DNA from: Bifidobacterium longum subsp. longum JCM 1217 | Lineage (GTDB): Bacteria; Actinomycetota; Actinomycetes; Actinomycetales; Bifidobacteriaceae | DNA length: 32,000 bases | Assembly: GCF_000196555.1 (NCBI RefSeq) | Contig: NC_015067.1 | Coordinates: 300,001 to 332,000, forward strand | Direction of reading: 5' to 3' | In this document: positions 1-9,605 of the stretch, piece after piece | How the letters are laid out: every line of letters begins with the position of its first letter | Position numbering within the stretch: position 1 is the stretch's first letter | The notes under the pieces: generated by a model | What the model saw: the letters and a program-made list of their open reading frames with translations, nothing else | Database searches by the model: none | What the model was told of the DNA's origin: nothing | Made by a program: the position numbers and the translations under genes

Positions 1-202
1 CGCCGGCGTGCCTGCCATGTCCATCCCGGCCGGCCTGTCCGACGACGGCCTGCCCGTCGGCTTCCAGTTCATCGCCCCGCAGCAGCGCGACGAAGTCATG
101 TACAAGCCGGCCGCGGCCCTCGAAGCCGCGCTGGAAGACAGCTGGAACGGCCCGATCTGGAACGACCTCAAGACCCCGTGGCTTGACGGTCTGGGCAAGT
201 GA
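1..202 (+). CDS. gatA: Glu-tRNA(Gln)/Asp-tRNA(Asn) amidotransferase subunit A, C-terminal fragment (5' end lies outside the window)
   Basis: The ORF enters from the left edge (frame of nt 2) and stops at TGA 200-202. The translation ...[34 protein letters not shown]... reads as a GatA/amidase C-terminus. It directly precedes gatB. Confidence 0.8.
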
Positions 203-227
203 GCATCGGAAGGAAAGAAACAACATC

Positions 228-1727
228 ATGGCTGAAAAACTGATGAAGTACGCCGATGCCACCAAGAAGTACGATGTGGTCTTCGGTCTGGAAACCCACG
301 TGGAGCTGTCCACGAACACCAAGCTGTTCTGCCCGGCCCACATCGAGTTCGGTGGCGAGCCGAACACCGAGCTGACCCCGGTGAGCCTTGGCCTGCCGGG
401 CTCTCTGCCGGTGATCAACAAGACCGCCGTCGATTACGCCATCAAGCTGGGTCTGGCCCTGCACTGCGAAATCGCCGAGTGGAGCCAGTTCGCCCGTAAG
501 AACTACTTCTACCCGGACATGCCGCGCGACTACCAGATCTCGCAGTACGACAAGCCCACCAACGGCAACGGCTACCTGGACGTCGAGCTGGAAGACGGCA
601 CCGTGTTCCGCGTGCCGATCGAGCGCGCGCACATCGAGGACGACGCCGGCAAGAACACCCACGTGGGTGGCGCCGACGGCCGTATCGAAGGTGCCGACCA
701 CTCGCTGGTCGACTACAACCGTGCCGGTGTGCCGCTGATTGAGATCGTCACCAAGCCGATCGAGGGGGCGGGCGACCGCGCTCCCGAAATCGCCGGTGCC
801 TATGTGCGCGCCATCCGCGACATCGTGCGCGCGTTGAACATCTCCCACGCTCGTATGGAGCAGGGCAACATGCGCGCTGACGTGAACGTCTCGTTGCGCC
901 CGAGCCCGGACGCTCCGTACGGCACCCGTTCCGAGACCAAGAATGTGAACTCGTTCCGCGGCATCGAGAAGACCATCCAGTACGAGATTCGCCGTCAGGC
1001 CGCTCGTCTGGACGACGGCAAGGAGATTCTGCAGGAGACCCGCCACTGGGATGAGGCTACGCAGACCACCGCTGGCGGCCGTCTGAAGTCCGATGCCGAC
1101 GACTACCGCTACTTCCCGGACCCCGACCTCGTCATGCTCCACATCACCAAGGAGCACATCGAGGAGATGAAGGCCCAGATGCCGGAAATGCCGCGCGAGC
1201 GCCGCAACCGCCTCAAGTCCGAGTGGGGCCTGAGTGATCTGCAGATGCGCGACATCCTCAACGCCGACGCCCTCGACCTGATTGAGGAAACCGTCAAGGC
1301 CGGTGCCAAGGCTGCCGGTGCCCGCAAGTGGTGGCTGGGCGAGCTTTCCCGCGAAGCCAACGCCAAGGGTGTGTCCCTCGAAGAGCTGCCGATCACCCCG
1401 GCCGATGTGGCCGAGGTCGAGAAGCTCATCGCCTCCGGCAAGCTCAACGACAAGCTCGCCAAGCAGACCGTCGAAGGCGTGCTTAAGGGCGAAGGCACTC
1501 CGGATGAAGTCGTCAAGAAGCACGACTACAAGATCGTCGAAGACAACGGTGCCATCGAGGCGGCCGTCGACGCGGCGTTCGAAGCCAACCCGGACGTTGT
1601 CGAGAAGCTCAAGAGCGGCAACATGAAGCCGATGGGTGTAATCATCGGTGCCGTGATGAAGGCCACGCGCGGTCAGGCCGACGCCAAGGCCGTCACCAAG
1701 GTCGTCATGGGCAAGATCAAGGGCTGA
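228..1727 (+). CDS. gatB: Asp-tRNA(Asn)/Glu-tRNA(Gln) amidotransferase subunit B (499 aa)
   Basis: ATG 228 has GGAAGGAAAG about 11 nt upstream. The translation [29 protein letters not shown]...[16 protein letters not shown]... ends in a GatB/YqeY-type C-terminal domain. The TTG at 183 used by the ORF track overlaps gatA and lacks an SD, so it is less likely. Confidence 0.93.
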
Positions 1728-1739
1728 TTAGATTCACTG

Positions 1740-1904
1740 GCTCCCGCTGGTGGGAGCTGTCGAACGGAGTGAGACTGAGGGTGGTCGCCATGTACGGATG
1801 ACCACCCTCAGTCCGCTTCGCGGACAGCTCCCGCCAGCGGGAGCACTTATTTGTAGGGAAATTCTCCAGTTCAAATCCGTTAGACAGCTCCCGCCAGCGG
1901 GAGC
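1740..1904. repeat. Cluster of three copies (one +, two -) of a ~45-bp hairpin-containing intergenic repeat: GCTCCCGCTGG(T/C)GGGAGCTGTC-N10-12-GACTGAGGGTGGTC
   Basis: Copy A is 1740-1786 (+), copy B is 1800-1844 (-) and copy C is about 1858-1904 (-, with a diverged tail). A and B are inverted. Their GACTGAGGGTGGTC (1773-1786) and GACCACCCTCAGTC (1800-1813) arms form a perfect 14-bp stem with a 13-nt loop. Each copy also carries a GCTCCC...GGGAGC mini-hairpin. Confidence 0.85.
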
Positions 1905-2022
1905 CTTTATTGATTCTGTAAGAAAGTCGACTCAGAGCATTTCCAGCGTTCACCCAGTCGAGTAAGATATGTTCGGCACTGGACCGTGAGCCGAAACAAG
2001 CCGAACCGGGGGACGTATACCG

Positions 2023-3087
2023 ATGACCGCAACCAACGAGACGCTGAGCATGGCTACCGAAGCGCAACTGAAGCGCGATCTGCCACAGAGCATCGTCATT
2101 CCGCCAATCCGTGGCGAAATGGTGCACCTGCGCCCCGCCACCGTCGAGGACCTGCCTCGTTTGGATGAACTTGATGCCTTCTATGGCGCATCCAAGATCA
2201 CAGGTAAGGATGCGGTCACCGAACGCGCCATCGTACACACGTGGGTCCGCCGCTCCCAGGCTTGGGAAGCCGGTCAGGCACCCGCCGAATCCGGTGTGGG
2301 TGATCCGGAATCCCGCCGCACCATCGCATGGGCCGTATTGACTGACGCCGACCATGACGATGACGGTCAGCTCGATGCGGCCAGCACCGATAATGTCATC
2401 GGCATGATTTTCCTTATCGACATCGACGGCTGGTCCAAGTCCGCCCGCATCCAGATCATCTTGGGCCGTGAATACCGTGGCCGCGGCTACTCCCGTGACG
2501 CCATGCCGCGTGTGATGACCTACGGTTTCGCGCCCGAACCGGCCGGCTTGGGCATGCACCGCATCTGGGTGAGCGTGCCGGAAAAGAACAGCCGCTCGAT
2601 TTCGGTCTACCAGTCGCTCGGCTTCGTGCCGTCCGGCACCTCGCGCGACGCGTTGTGGGATGCCGAAAACAACAAATACCAGGACCTTATCGTCATGGAC
2701 ACGTTGGCTGACGAGTACGATCCGATTCGTTCGCTTGACGCTTTTGGCATGCACTTGATTGAGGACAACCCGGGTGTCAAGGAAGCGCTGTCCGCGCGCG
2801 AGCATTCCATCGCCATCCAGCAGAACAAGCCGGAACCCGAGCCGGCACAGCGTGGTGAGGCAGCCGGCGCCACGACGAGTGACGTGCAGTCCCAGGCCCA
2901 GACGCCGGCGGCCGCACAGCCAGTCGAGCCACAGGCCGAGCACCACGACGATACGCAGAAGAACACGCGCCACAGTCTCGAAGAGGAAAGCAACTGGCCG
3001 TACGGTCAGGCAGAACGCAAGCCCTCAAAGGAAGCATGGTGGCGTACGCTGGGCCGCGGCCGCAAACGCGATACGGAAAGTGAGTGA
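2023..3087 (+). CDS. GNAT-family N-acetyltransferase (RimJ/RimL-like core) with a low-complexity C-terminal tail of about 100 aa
   Basis: ATG 2023. The core reads MVHLRPATVEDLPRLDEL...IGMIFLIDIDGWSKSARIQIILGREYRGRGYSRDAMPRVMTYGF...IWVSVPEKNSRSISVYQSLGF, which fits the GNAT motif A region (R/Q-x-x-G-x-G/A type). The tail is P/Q/A/E-rich. Confidence 0.8.
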   Translation: MTATNETLSMATEAQLKRDLPQSIVIPPIRGEMVHLRPATVEDLPRLDELDAFYGASKITGKDAVTERAIVHTWVRRSQAWEAGQAPAESGVGDPESRRTIAWAVLTDADHDDDGQLDAASTDNVIGMIFLIDIDGWSKSARIQIILGREYRGRGYSRDAMPRVMTYGFAPEPAGLGMHRIWVSVPEKNSRSISVYQSLGFVPSGTSRDALWDAENNKYQDLIVMDTLADEYDPIRSLDAFGMHLIEDNPGVKEALSAREHSIAIQQNKPEPEPAQRGEAAGATTSDVQSQAQTPAAAQPVEPQAEHHDDTQKNTRHSLEEESNWPYGQAERKPSKEAWWRTLGRGRKRDTESE

Positions 3088-3097
3088 GTAAACAAGC

Positions 3098-3412
3098 ATG
3101 AGTGCCGAGGATCTCGACAATTACGAAACCGACGCCGAACTCGCGCTGTATAGGGAATACCGTGACGTCATCAAGCTGTTCACCTATGTGGTGGAGACTG
3201 AGCGTCGCTTCTACTTGGCGAATAAGGTCGATTTCAACGTGCGTTCCGCTGGTCAGGACGTGTATTTCGATGTGCAGCTGACTGACGCATGGGTATGGGA
3301 TGTCTACCGTTCCAGCCGTTTCGTCAAGTCCGTGCGCATCGTGACCTTCAAGGACGTGAACGTCGAAGAAGTCCAGAAAACCGATATCGACATTCCCGAC
3401 GATATTCACTGA
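3098..3412 (+). CDS. DUF2469-family conserved actinobacterial protein (104 aa)
   Basis: ATG 3098 lies 10 nt after the GNAT stop. The translation MSAEDLDNYETDAELALYREYRDVIKLFTYVVETERRFYLANKVD... matches my recollection of the DUF2469 signature (YETE/D..L.LYREYRDV...Y.VETERRFYLAN). Confidence 0.8.
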   Translation: MSAEDLDNYETDAELALYREYRDVIKLFTYVVETERRFYLANKVDFNVRSAGQDVYFDVQLTDAWVWDVYRSSRFVKSVRIVTFKDVNVEEVQKTDIDIPDDIH

Positions 3413-3570
3413 CAGGCAATCGTCTGATACAGCCTGTATTGACAATGCGCGGCATTCCGTCATCTTACGGCGGGGCGTCGCGCATTGTTCATACAACGCA
3501 TAGCAAAAGTTCAGACTCGTAACCTTGCCATCGTGTGTCTTGTTTGCTTGCGGCTGATAGAAAATGCTGC

Positions 3571-5439
3571 ATGAACACACACCATATGCAGCAGGGCCTT
3601 AAGGGCTCCATCGCGGGCGTGGTTGCTGCCGCCACATTGCTGGCCGGTGGCATCCTGACCGTTCCGCACGCCATGGCTTTGGAGGCCGATGGCCAGTATT
3701 ACAGCAGCAAGCAGCCATATGTGGCACCTAGCGAAGCGACCACTGCCAGCTATAGCCAGGCGCCGGAAGGCTACGAAACGGTATACACCGAGTCGATGGC
3801 TCGCCACGGTTCACGCGGCCTGTCCAGCTACAAATACGACGCATTGCTTATGAAGATGGCCGAAGCCGCCGAAGCGGATAACGGTTTTAAGTCTGATGCC
3901 ATCAAGTCCGAATTCATGAAGAATCTCAAAGCCATCACCGCCGCAAATGTGGAGAATGGCTACGGTATGCTCACCGGTCAGGGTGCTGACCAACATCAGG
4001 GCATTGGCGCACGTGCCTACGAGCGCAACAAGACGCTGTTCGACAACGCAGCCAAGGACGGCGGCAAGATCGCCTACCAGTCCTCCGGCGAAGCCCGCGC
4101 TACTGAATCAGGCGAGAATTTTGCTCGCGGTTTCAACGCGGCCTCGAACAATAAACTGGCGAACAGCACTGTGACGCCCGCCGATCCGGCCGGCACCGGC
4201 GAGGCGGCGGCTTTCGACAAGACGCCGAACACGCTGTACTTCCACAAGTCCGAAAACCCGGACGGCACTGAGAAAACCGGTGAGGCCAAGCAGCGTGCCG
4301 ACGATTACCAGAACTTCGTGGAAAACGATGCGATTATCGCAGGCGCTGAGCAAACCATCGCCGAAAACGAGGACGTGAAAACAGCCTCTCACGATTTGCT
4401 TTCACAAATCTTCACCGATGACTTCCTCGCCAAACTGGCCGACGGCACGTACGCCTGGTACAACACTGTCGATGGCACCAAGGGCGGCGAGGCCAACTGC
4501 GCGCCGGGAGCCGACCCCAGCAAGGATGCCGACGCCTGCGGCGCAGCCAAGAAGAAGATCGCCTCCGAATACGATGCCGCGATGGATCTGTACAACCTGT
4601 ACATCATCGCCGCTGATATGGAGAACGAGAACACCGGCAGCCATACCTTCGACTTCAACCAGTACTTCCAAGGTGAGCAGGCAGACGACGCCAAGTTGTT
4701 CGCCTGGGCGCTTGACGCCGAGGACTTCTACGAGAAGGGCCCGAGCTACGCCGGCCAAGACGAGACCTACACAATCGCACAGCCGCTGCTTGACGATTTC
4801 TTCTCGTCGATTGATGAGCGCGTAAACGGCGGATCCACCGTTGCTACTTTCCGCTTTGCCCATGCCGAAACGATGATGCCGTTCGCCGCGCTGCTTGGCC
4901 TTCCCGGTTCCACCCAGCAGGCGGCCGCCAGCACCACCGACGTGTACACCTACGCCAACAATGAATGGCGCGGTGAATCGGTGACTCCGATGGCCGCTAA
5001 TGTGCAGTGGGATGTTGCCGTCAAATCCGGCAACGACCCGAAGACCGGCCGTGCCTACACGCCGCTCGTTCGTATGCTCTACAACGAGCAGGAAATCGCC
5101 TTCCGCTCCGAATGCACGCCGATTGCCGATGGTTCCACGTGGTACAAGCTCACTGAGCTTAAAAGTTGCTTGGCCTCCGACCACCAAACCCTAGGCGACG
5201 ATGCGCATCTGACTGATGATTCCACAACGCAGCCGGGCACAGGACCTAACACTGGTGAAGGAACGAGTACCACTCCGAATAACAATGGTGCGGGAACTCA
5301 TCAGCCCAGCAACACTCAGGCTAATGGTACGGAAAACGAGTTGAGTCGTACCGGTGTTGCCGTTACTGGTGTTGCGGGGATTATGATGCTGCTTGCACTT
5401 GCAGGCATCTCGCTGAATCTATGGAAAGTTCGTCGCTGA
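3571..5439 (+). CDS. Secreted, sortase-anchored histidine acid phosphatase (branch-2 histidine phosphatase; bifidobacterial phytase type)
   Basis: Catalytic RHGSRGL motif (MARHGSRGLSSYKYD). Signal peptide ...IAGVVAAATLLAGGILTVPHAMA/LEA. The second catalytic motif reads HAE (FRFAHAETMMPF) where classical enzymes have HD. The C-terminus is LSRTG plus the hydrophobic stretch VAVTGVAGIMMLLALAGISL plus the basic tail KVRR. The start is uncertain: GTG 3535, ATG 3571 or ATG 3586, none with a clear SD. Confidence 0.8.
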   Translation: MNTHHMQQGLKGSIAGVVAAATLLAGGILTVPHAMALEADGQYYSSKQPYVAPSEATTASYSQAPEGYETVYTESMARHGSRGLSSYKYDALLMKMAEAAEADNGFKSDAIKSEFMKNLKAITAANVENGYGMLTGQGADQHQGIGARAYERNKTLFDNAAKDGGKIAYQSSGEARATESGENFARGFNAASNNKLANSTVTPADPAGTGEAAAFDKTPNTLYFHKSENPDGTEKTGEAKQRADDYQNFVENDAIIAGAEQTIAENEDVKTASHDLLSQIFTDDFLAKLADGTYAWYNTVDGTKGGEANCAPGADPSKDADACGAAKKKIASEYDAAMDLYNLYIIAADMENENTGSHTFDFNQYFQGEQADDAKLFAWALDAEDFYEKGPSYAGQDETYTIAQPLLDDFFSSIDERVNGGSTVATFRFAHAETMMPFAALLGLPGSTQQAAASTTDVYTYANNEWRGESVTPMAANVQWDVAVKSGNDPKTGRAYTPLVRMLYNEQEIAFRSECTPIADGSTWYKLTELKSCLASDHQTLGDDAHLTDDSTTQPGTGPNTGEGTSTTPNNNGAGTHQPSNTQANGTENELSRTGVAVTGVAGIMMLLALAGISLNLWKVRR

Positions 5440-5516
5440 CGAATTAGCCTAAGACCAAACCGATTCGCCGCGCTGTGTGTGACGCAACGTTGCCGAATAC
5501 CCCTACCTCACGATTC

Positions 5517-5554
5517 GATGCGTCGCCTTTCTGCTGATGGAAAGACGGCGCATC
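5517..5554 (+). terminator. Stem-loop downstream of the phosphatase gene (I-shaped, no U-tract)
   Basis: gatgcgtcgcctttc (5517-5531) pairs with gaaagacggcgcatc (5540-5554): 15 positions with one mismatch and one G-U, and an 8-nt loop. Confidence 0.45.
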
Positions 5555-5657
5555 GGTCGTATATCGGGAGAATTCTGTAAGCATTCGCTCATCTTTCGGT
5601 GTGCGATTCCGGGGCTTCTAGTAGACTGTCTCTGATTTTGCGTTTATAAGGAGCATA

Positions 5658-7271
5658 ATGACCGACAAGCAATCCGTAGTGATTATCGGCGGCGGTCCGG
5701 CTGGACTTACCGCCGCATGGGAACTCATCAAGGACGGCGGTGCCGACAAGTACGACGTGACCGTGCTGGAGGGGACCCGCGAATTCGGCGGTATCTCGCG
5801 CACCGTGAAGCACAACGGCAACCGCATGGATATCGGCGGCCACCGTTTCTTCTCCAAAGACGAACGCATCATGGATTGGTGGAAGACCGTTCTGCCGTTG
5901 CAGGGCGCACCCTCCTATGATGACAAGAAGCTCGGCCGCGACCACGACATGGAGCCGGGCGGCCCCGATCCGGAGACGGAGGACAAGGTGATGCTCAAGC
6001 GCCACCGAGTGTCCCGTATCTTCTGGAACCGCCACTTCTTCGATTACCCGATTTCGCTGAGCCCCAACACGTTGAAGGCCATGGGCTTCAAGCTCACCAT
6101 GGTGGCCGGCTTCAGCTACCTGAAGTCCATGTTCCACAAGCTGCCGGAAGACAATCTGGAGAACTTCTACATCAACCGTTTCGGCCGCAAGCTGTATTCG
6201 ATGTTCTTCGAGGGCTACACGGAGAAGCTGTGGGGCCGCCACCCCTCCCAGATCTCCGCCGACTGGGGCGCCCAGCGCGTCAAGGGCCTGTCCATCATGG
6301 GCGTGCTCAAGAACGCCTTCCAGAAGCTGCTGCCCAAGAAGCGCTCCAACGCGGAGGTCGAGACCTCGCTGATCGAGGAGTTCTGGTATCCGAAGTACGG
6401 TCCCGGCCAGCTGTGGGAGACCGTCGAGTCCAATTGCGAGGCCGCCGGCGTCAAGGTGCTGACCGACGCCAGGGTGGTCGAGGTCCGCCAGACCGATGGT
6501 GCCGTGTCTTCCGTGGTGTACGAGGATTCCGAGGGCAACCGCACCGAGCTTTCCGGCGACCAGTTCATCTCCTCGATGCCGGTCAAGGACCTGGTCAACG
6601 CCATCGACGCGGCCGGCGCCGATCCCGAGGCCGTTGATTCCAAGCCCGCCCCGGCCGATATGACCGAGGTGGCCAACGGCCTGCCGTACCGCGATTTCGT
6701 GACCGTGGGCCTGCTGGTCAAGCACCTGAAGCTCAAGAACACCACCAGCATCCCCACCCTCGGCAATCCGCCGATCGTGCCGGACTGCTGGATCTACGTG
6801 CAGGACCCGGGCTACAAGGTCGGCCGTCTGCAGATCTTCAACAACTGGAGCCCGTACCTGGTCAAGGACGTGGACGACACCGTGTGGATCGGTCTCGAGT
6901 ACTTCTGCGAGGAGGGCGACTCGTTCTGGAACATGAGCGAGGAGGATGTCACCAAGTTCGCGATTTCCGAGCTCACCCGCATGCGTGTGATCAACGGTCC
7001 GGACGAGGTCATCGACTCCCATCGTGAGCGCGTCAGGAAGGCGTACCCCGCCTACTTCGACACCTATGAGCACATGGACGAGCTCATCGAGTACCTCGAC
7101 GGCTTCGGCAACCTGTACTGCGTGGGCCGTAACGGCCAGCACCGCTACAACAACATGGACCACTCCATGGCCACCGCCATGGAGGCCGTCGGCAACATCA
7201 AGACCGGCAAGACGTCCAAGAAGAACGTGTGGTCCGTCAACACCGAAAAGTCCTACCACGAAGAAAAGTGA
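5658..7271 (+). CDS. FAD/NAD(P)-binding oxidoreductase (amine-oxidase / protoporphyrinogen-oxidase-like fold), 537 aa
   Basis: AAGGAG lies 6 nt upstream of ATG 5658. The N-terminal Rossmann dinucleotide motif is VVIIGGGPAGLTAAWEL, followed by ...VLEGTREFGGISRTVKHNGNRMDIGGHRFF. The substrate cannot be assigned from sequence alone. Confidence 0.75.
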   Translation: MTDKQSVVIIGGGPAGLTAAWELIKDGGADKYDVTVLEGTREFGGISRTVKHNGNRMDIGGHRFFSKDERIMDWWKTVLPLQGAPSYDDKKLGRDHDMEPGGPDPETEDKVMLKRHRVSRIFWNRHFFDYPISLSPNTLKAMGFKLTMVAGFSYLKSMFHKLPEDNLENFYINRFGRKLYSMFFEGYTEKLWGRHPSQISADWGAQRVKGLSIMGVLKNAFQKLLPKKRSNAEVETSLIEEFWYPKYGPGQLWETVESNCEAAGVKVLTDARVVEVRQTDGAVSSVVYEDSEGNRTELSGDQFISSMPVKDLVNAIDAAGADPEAVDSKPAPADMTEVANGLPYRDFVTVGLLVKHLKLKNTTSIPTLGNPPIVPDCWIYVQDPGYKVGRLQIFNNWSPYLVKDVDDTVWIGLEYFCEEGDSFWNMSEEDVTKFAISELTRMRVINGPDEVIDSHRERVRKAYPAYFDTYEHMDELIEYLDGFGNLYCVGRNGQHRYNNMDHSMATAMEAVGNIKTGKTSKKNVWSVNTEKSYHEEK

Positions 7272-7283
7272 ATAAACCTTGTT

Positions 7284-7314
7284 GAGCTCCCTCGTCACAG
7301 AGGGAGCTTTTTTG
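7284..7314 (+). terminator. Intrinsic terminator after the oxidoreductase gene
   Basis: agctccctc (7285-7293) pairs with gagggagct (7300-7308) around a 6-nt loop, followed by TTTTTT. Confidence 0.8.
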
Positions 7315-7476
7315 GTTTTCGGCGGGCCGTTTTGCGTTGGTCGAGTTGGCGTTGTACAGTGAACGAAGTTCGCAGAGACTCAGAGACGCAGCGAACATTC
7401 ATGAGCGGTGCAACCGCAATAATCACTCTTAACGCCTGGATAGGCATGGGTCTGTTCGGTATGGAAAGGGCAACCA

Positions 7477-9546
7477 GTGGCAAATAGCCAGAATCTTGAG
7501 GATATGAAGCTGCCTGAGCTCAAAGAGCTCGCTAAACAGATGGGCCTGCGCGGCACGTCGACCATGCGCAAGCCCGAGCTGCTCGCCACCCTGCAGGCGG
7601 CGCGCAATGGTGGAGAGCCGCCGGCCGGTGTGACCGTGCGCGCCCCCAAGGCCGCCAAAACCGCCAAGGTCGTCAAGGCTCCGCAGTCCGATGCCGCTGA
7701 GGCCAACACCACAGACAATGCTGACGTGGCCACCCAGTCGCCGGCTCCGGCTCCGGCTGCCACGGAACCGCAGCTCGATTTGCCGCTTCCCGTGGCCGAC
7801 GATGCCAAGAAGGACGAGACCGAACCGCGACGCACCCGTCGTAAGGCCGCCGATGATGCCGCATCCGAACCGCGTGCGGCCCGCCGTCGTCGCGATGACG
7901 ACCAGCCCGATTTCGCTCGCCGCAAGCCGCGCAAGAAGGCCGATGAGGCCGGCGATCTGCTGGCCACGCTCGATTTGGGAGATGCAGCGCCTACCGAGCG
8001 TCGCCGCGAGCGTCACGAGGACGTGGAAGTTCCGCTGATTCGCCGAGTCCGTGATGATGAGGACGAGCAGCCTCGCCGCCGTCGTCGCACTGCGGAAAAC
8101 AGCGAAGAAACCGTGCGTGACCTCGACGATATCCTGGCCACGCTGCCCACGCAGAAGCACGAGGAAACGTCCGAAGACGGCGAGCAGAACGACGATCACG
8201 AGTTCGTGCGTCGTAACCGCCGCGACCGTAGCGATCGCAACGATCGCGATACCCGTAATGATCGCAGCGATCGCCGTAACCGTCGCATGCGTGGCCGTGA
8301 TCGCGACAACGCCGATGATGATCGTCGCTATGATGATCGCGATAATCGTAGCGATCGCAATGACCGTGATAGCCGCCGCGAAGAGCCGCAGGAGGATCTG
8401 GTGCCGGTGGCCGGCATCGTCGACGTGCTCGACTCCTACGCTTTTGTGCGCACTTCCGGCTACCTGCCCGGCCCGAACGACGTGTACGTTTCCATGGGCC
8501 AGGTCAAGAAGTACGGCCTGCGCAAGGGCGATGCCGTGCATGGTTCGATTCGCGCCCCGCGTGAAGGCGACCGCCGCAACCAGCGCCAGAAGTTCGTGCC
8601 GCTGCAGGCCATCGATTCCATCAACGGCCAAAGCGTTGAAGAAGCGCTCAACCGTCCGCAGTTCTCCAAGCTCACGCCGCTGTACCCGCAGGAGCGTTTG
8701 AAGCAGGAGACCGCCCCGAACAAGCTCACCGGCCGTATCATGGACATCGTTTCCCCAATCGGCAAGGGCCAGCGTGGCCTGATTGTCTCCCCGCCGAAGG
8801 CCGGTAAGACCATCACCCTGCAGAACATCGCCAACTCCATCGCCGCCAACAACCCCGAGGTCCACCTTATGGTGGTGCTCGTGGACGAGCGACCCGAAGA
8901 GGTCACCGATATGGAGCGCACGGTCCAGGGCGAGGTCATTTCCTCCACCTTCGACCGTCCGGCCTCCGATCACACTACGGTTGCCGAACTGGCCGTCGAA
9001 CGCGCCAAGCGTCTTGTGGAGCTCGGCCAGGACGTGGTCGTACTGCTCGATTCCATGACCCGACTGGCTCGCGCTTACAACATCGCAGCCCCTGCCTCCG
9101 GCCGCATCCTGTCCGGTGGTGTGGACGCGCAGGCCCTCTACCCGCCGAAGAAGTTCTTCGGTGCGGCCCGCAACATCGAAAACGGCGGCTCCCTGACCAT
9201 CATCTCATCTGCGCTGGTGGAAACCGGCTCCAAGATGGACGAGGTGATTTTCGAGGAGTTCAAGGGCACCGGCAACATGGAACTGCGCCTGTCCCGCGAG
9301 CTGGCGGACAAGCGACTGTTCCCGGCCATCGACATCAACGCTTCCGGCACCCGCCGCGAGGAGCTCATCACCAACCCGCAGGAACTGCCGATTATCTACC
9401 GTCTGCGTCGACTGCTGGGCGGCATGGAGCCCGAGCAGGCCTACCAGACGCTGGTGCCGCGCCTCAAGAAGACCGCCACCAACCGCGACTTCCTCGCCGC
9501 CATCGTGCAGCAGGCCAACACCGGCAACGCGGTCAACGGCAACTGA
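7477..9546 (+). CDS. rho: Transcription termination factor Rho with a long R/D-rich N-terminal insertion (689 aa)
   Basis: GTG 7477 has GAAAGGG about 7 nt upstream. The Rho_N segment is [29 protein letters not shown]. The CSD-like RNA-binding part is [27 protein letters not shown]. The Walker A is [17 protein letters not shown], followed by the RecA-type ATPase core to the C-terminus. Confidence 0.95.
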   Translation: MANSQNLEDMKLPELKELAKQMGLRGTSTMRKPELLATLQAARNGGEPPAGVTVRAPKAAKTAKVVKAPQSDAAEANTTDNADVATQSPAPAPAATEPQLDLPLPVADDAKKDETEPRRTRRKAADDAASEPRAARRRRDDDQPDFARRKPRKKADEAGDLLATLDLGDAAPTERRRERHEDVEVPLIRRVRDDEDEQPRRRRRTAENSEETVRDLDDILATLPTQKHEETSEDGEQNDDHEFVRRNRRDRSDRNDRDTRNDRSDRRNRRMRGRDRDNADDDRRYDDRDNRSDRNDRDSRREEPQEDLVPVAGIVDVLDSYAFVRTSGYLPGPNDVYVSMGQVKKYGLRKGDAVHGSIRAPREGDRRNQRQKFVPLQAIDSINGQSVEEALNRPQFSKLTPLYPQERLKQETAPNKLTGRIMDIVSPIGKGQRGLIVSPPKAGKTITLQNIANSIAANNPEVHLMVVLVDERPEEVTDMERTVQGEVISSTFDRPASDHTTVAELAVERAKRLVELGQDVVVLLDSMTRLARAYNIAAPASGRILSGGVDAQALYPPKKFFGAARNIENGGSLTIISSALVETGSKMDEVIFEEFKGTGNMELRLSRELADKRLFPAIDINASGTRREELITNPQELPIIYRLRRLLGGMEPEQAYQTLVPRLKKTATNRDFLAAIVQQANTGNAVNGN

Positions 9547-9568
9547 TCAGACCGCTGAACAATAGTGT

Positions 9569-9605
9569 AAGGGCTGCACCCTGATTGATACGGGGTGCAG
9601 CCCTT
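9569..9605 (+). terminator. Stem-loop after rho
   Basis: aagggctgcaccc (9569-9581) pairs perfectly with gggtgcagccctt (9593-9605): 13 bp with an 11-nt loop. The trailing U-tract is weak (tt only). Confidence 0.6.

Noticed and set aside
168-1523. Long antisense or alternative-frame ORFs in the track: 168-1523(-), 1717-2973(-), 5589-7298(-), 7429-8973(-), 10311-11084(-), 13620-15458(+), 15431-16840(+), 17127-17903(+), 17860-18633(+), 21177-22346(+), 23544-24704(-), 26173-27291(-), 27717-28649(-), 29548-31881(-).
   Set aside because: Each lies opposite or out of frame to a gene with a clearly recognisable product. Their translations are Arg/Gly/Ala/Val/His-rich with no motifs, which is the usual stop-codon-poor shadow ORF of high-GC DNA.
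1750-1965. 71-aa ORF in the gatB-GNAT spacer.
   Set aside because: It is composed entirely of the hairpin repeat copies (RQLPPAGA appears twice) and has no SD, so it is a repeat-generated ORF.
8200-8400. Short direct repeats and GCGATCGC palindromes in rho, considered as a CRISPR-like or HIP1-like repeat array.
   Set aside because: They are in frame and simply encode the repetitive S-D-R/N-D-R peptide of the Rho insertion. There is no spacer/repeat periodicity.
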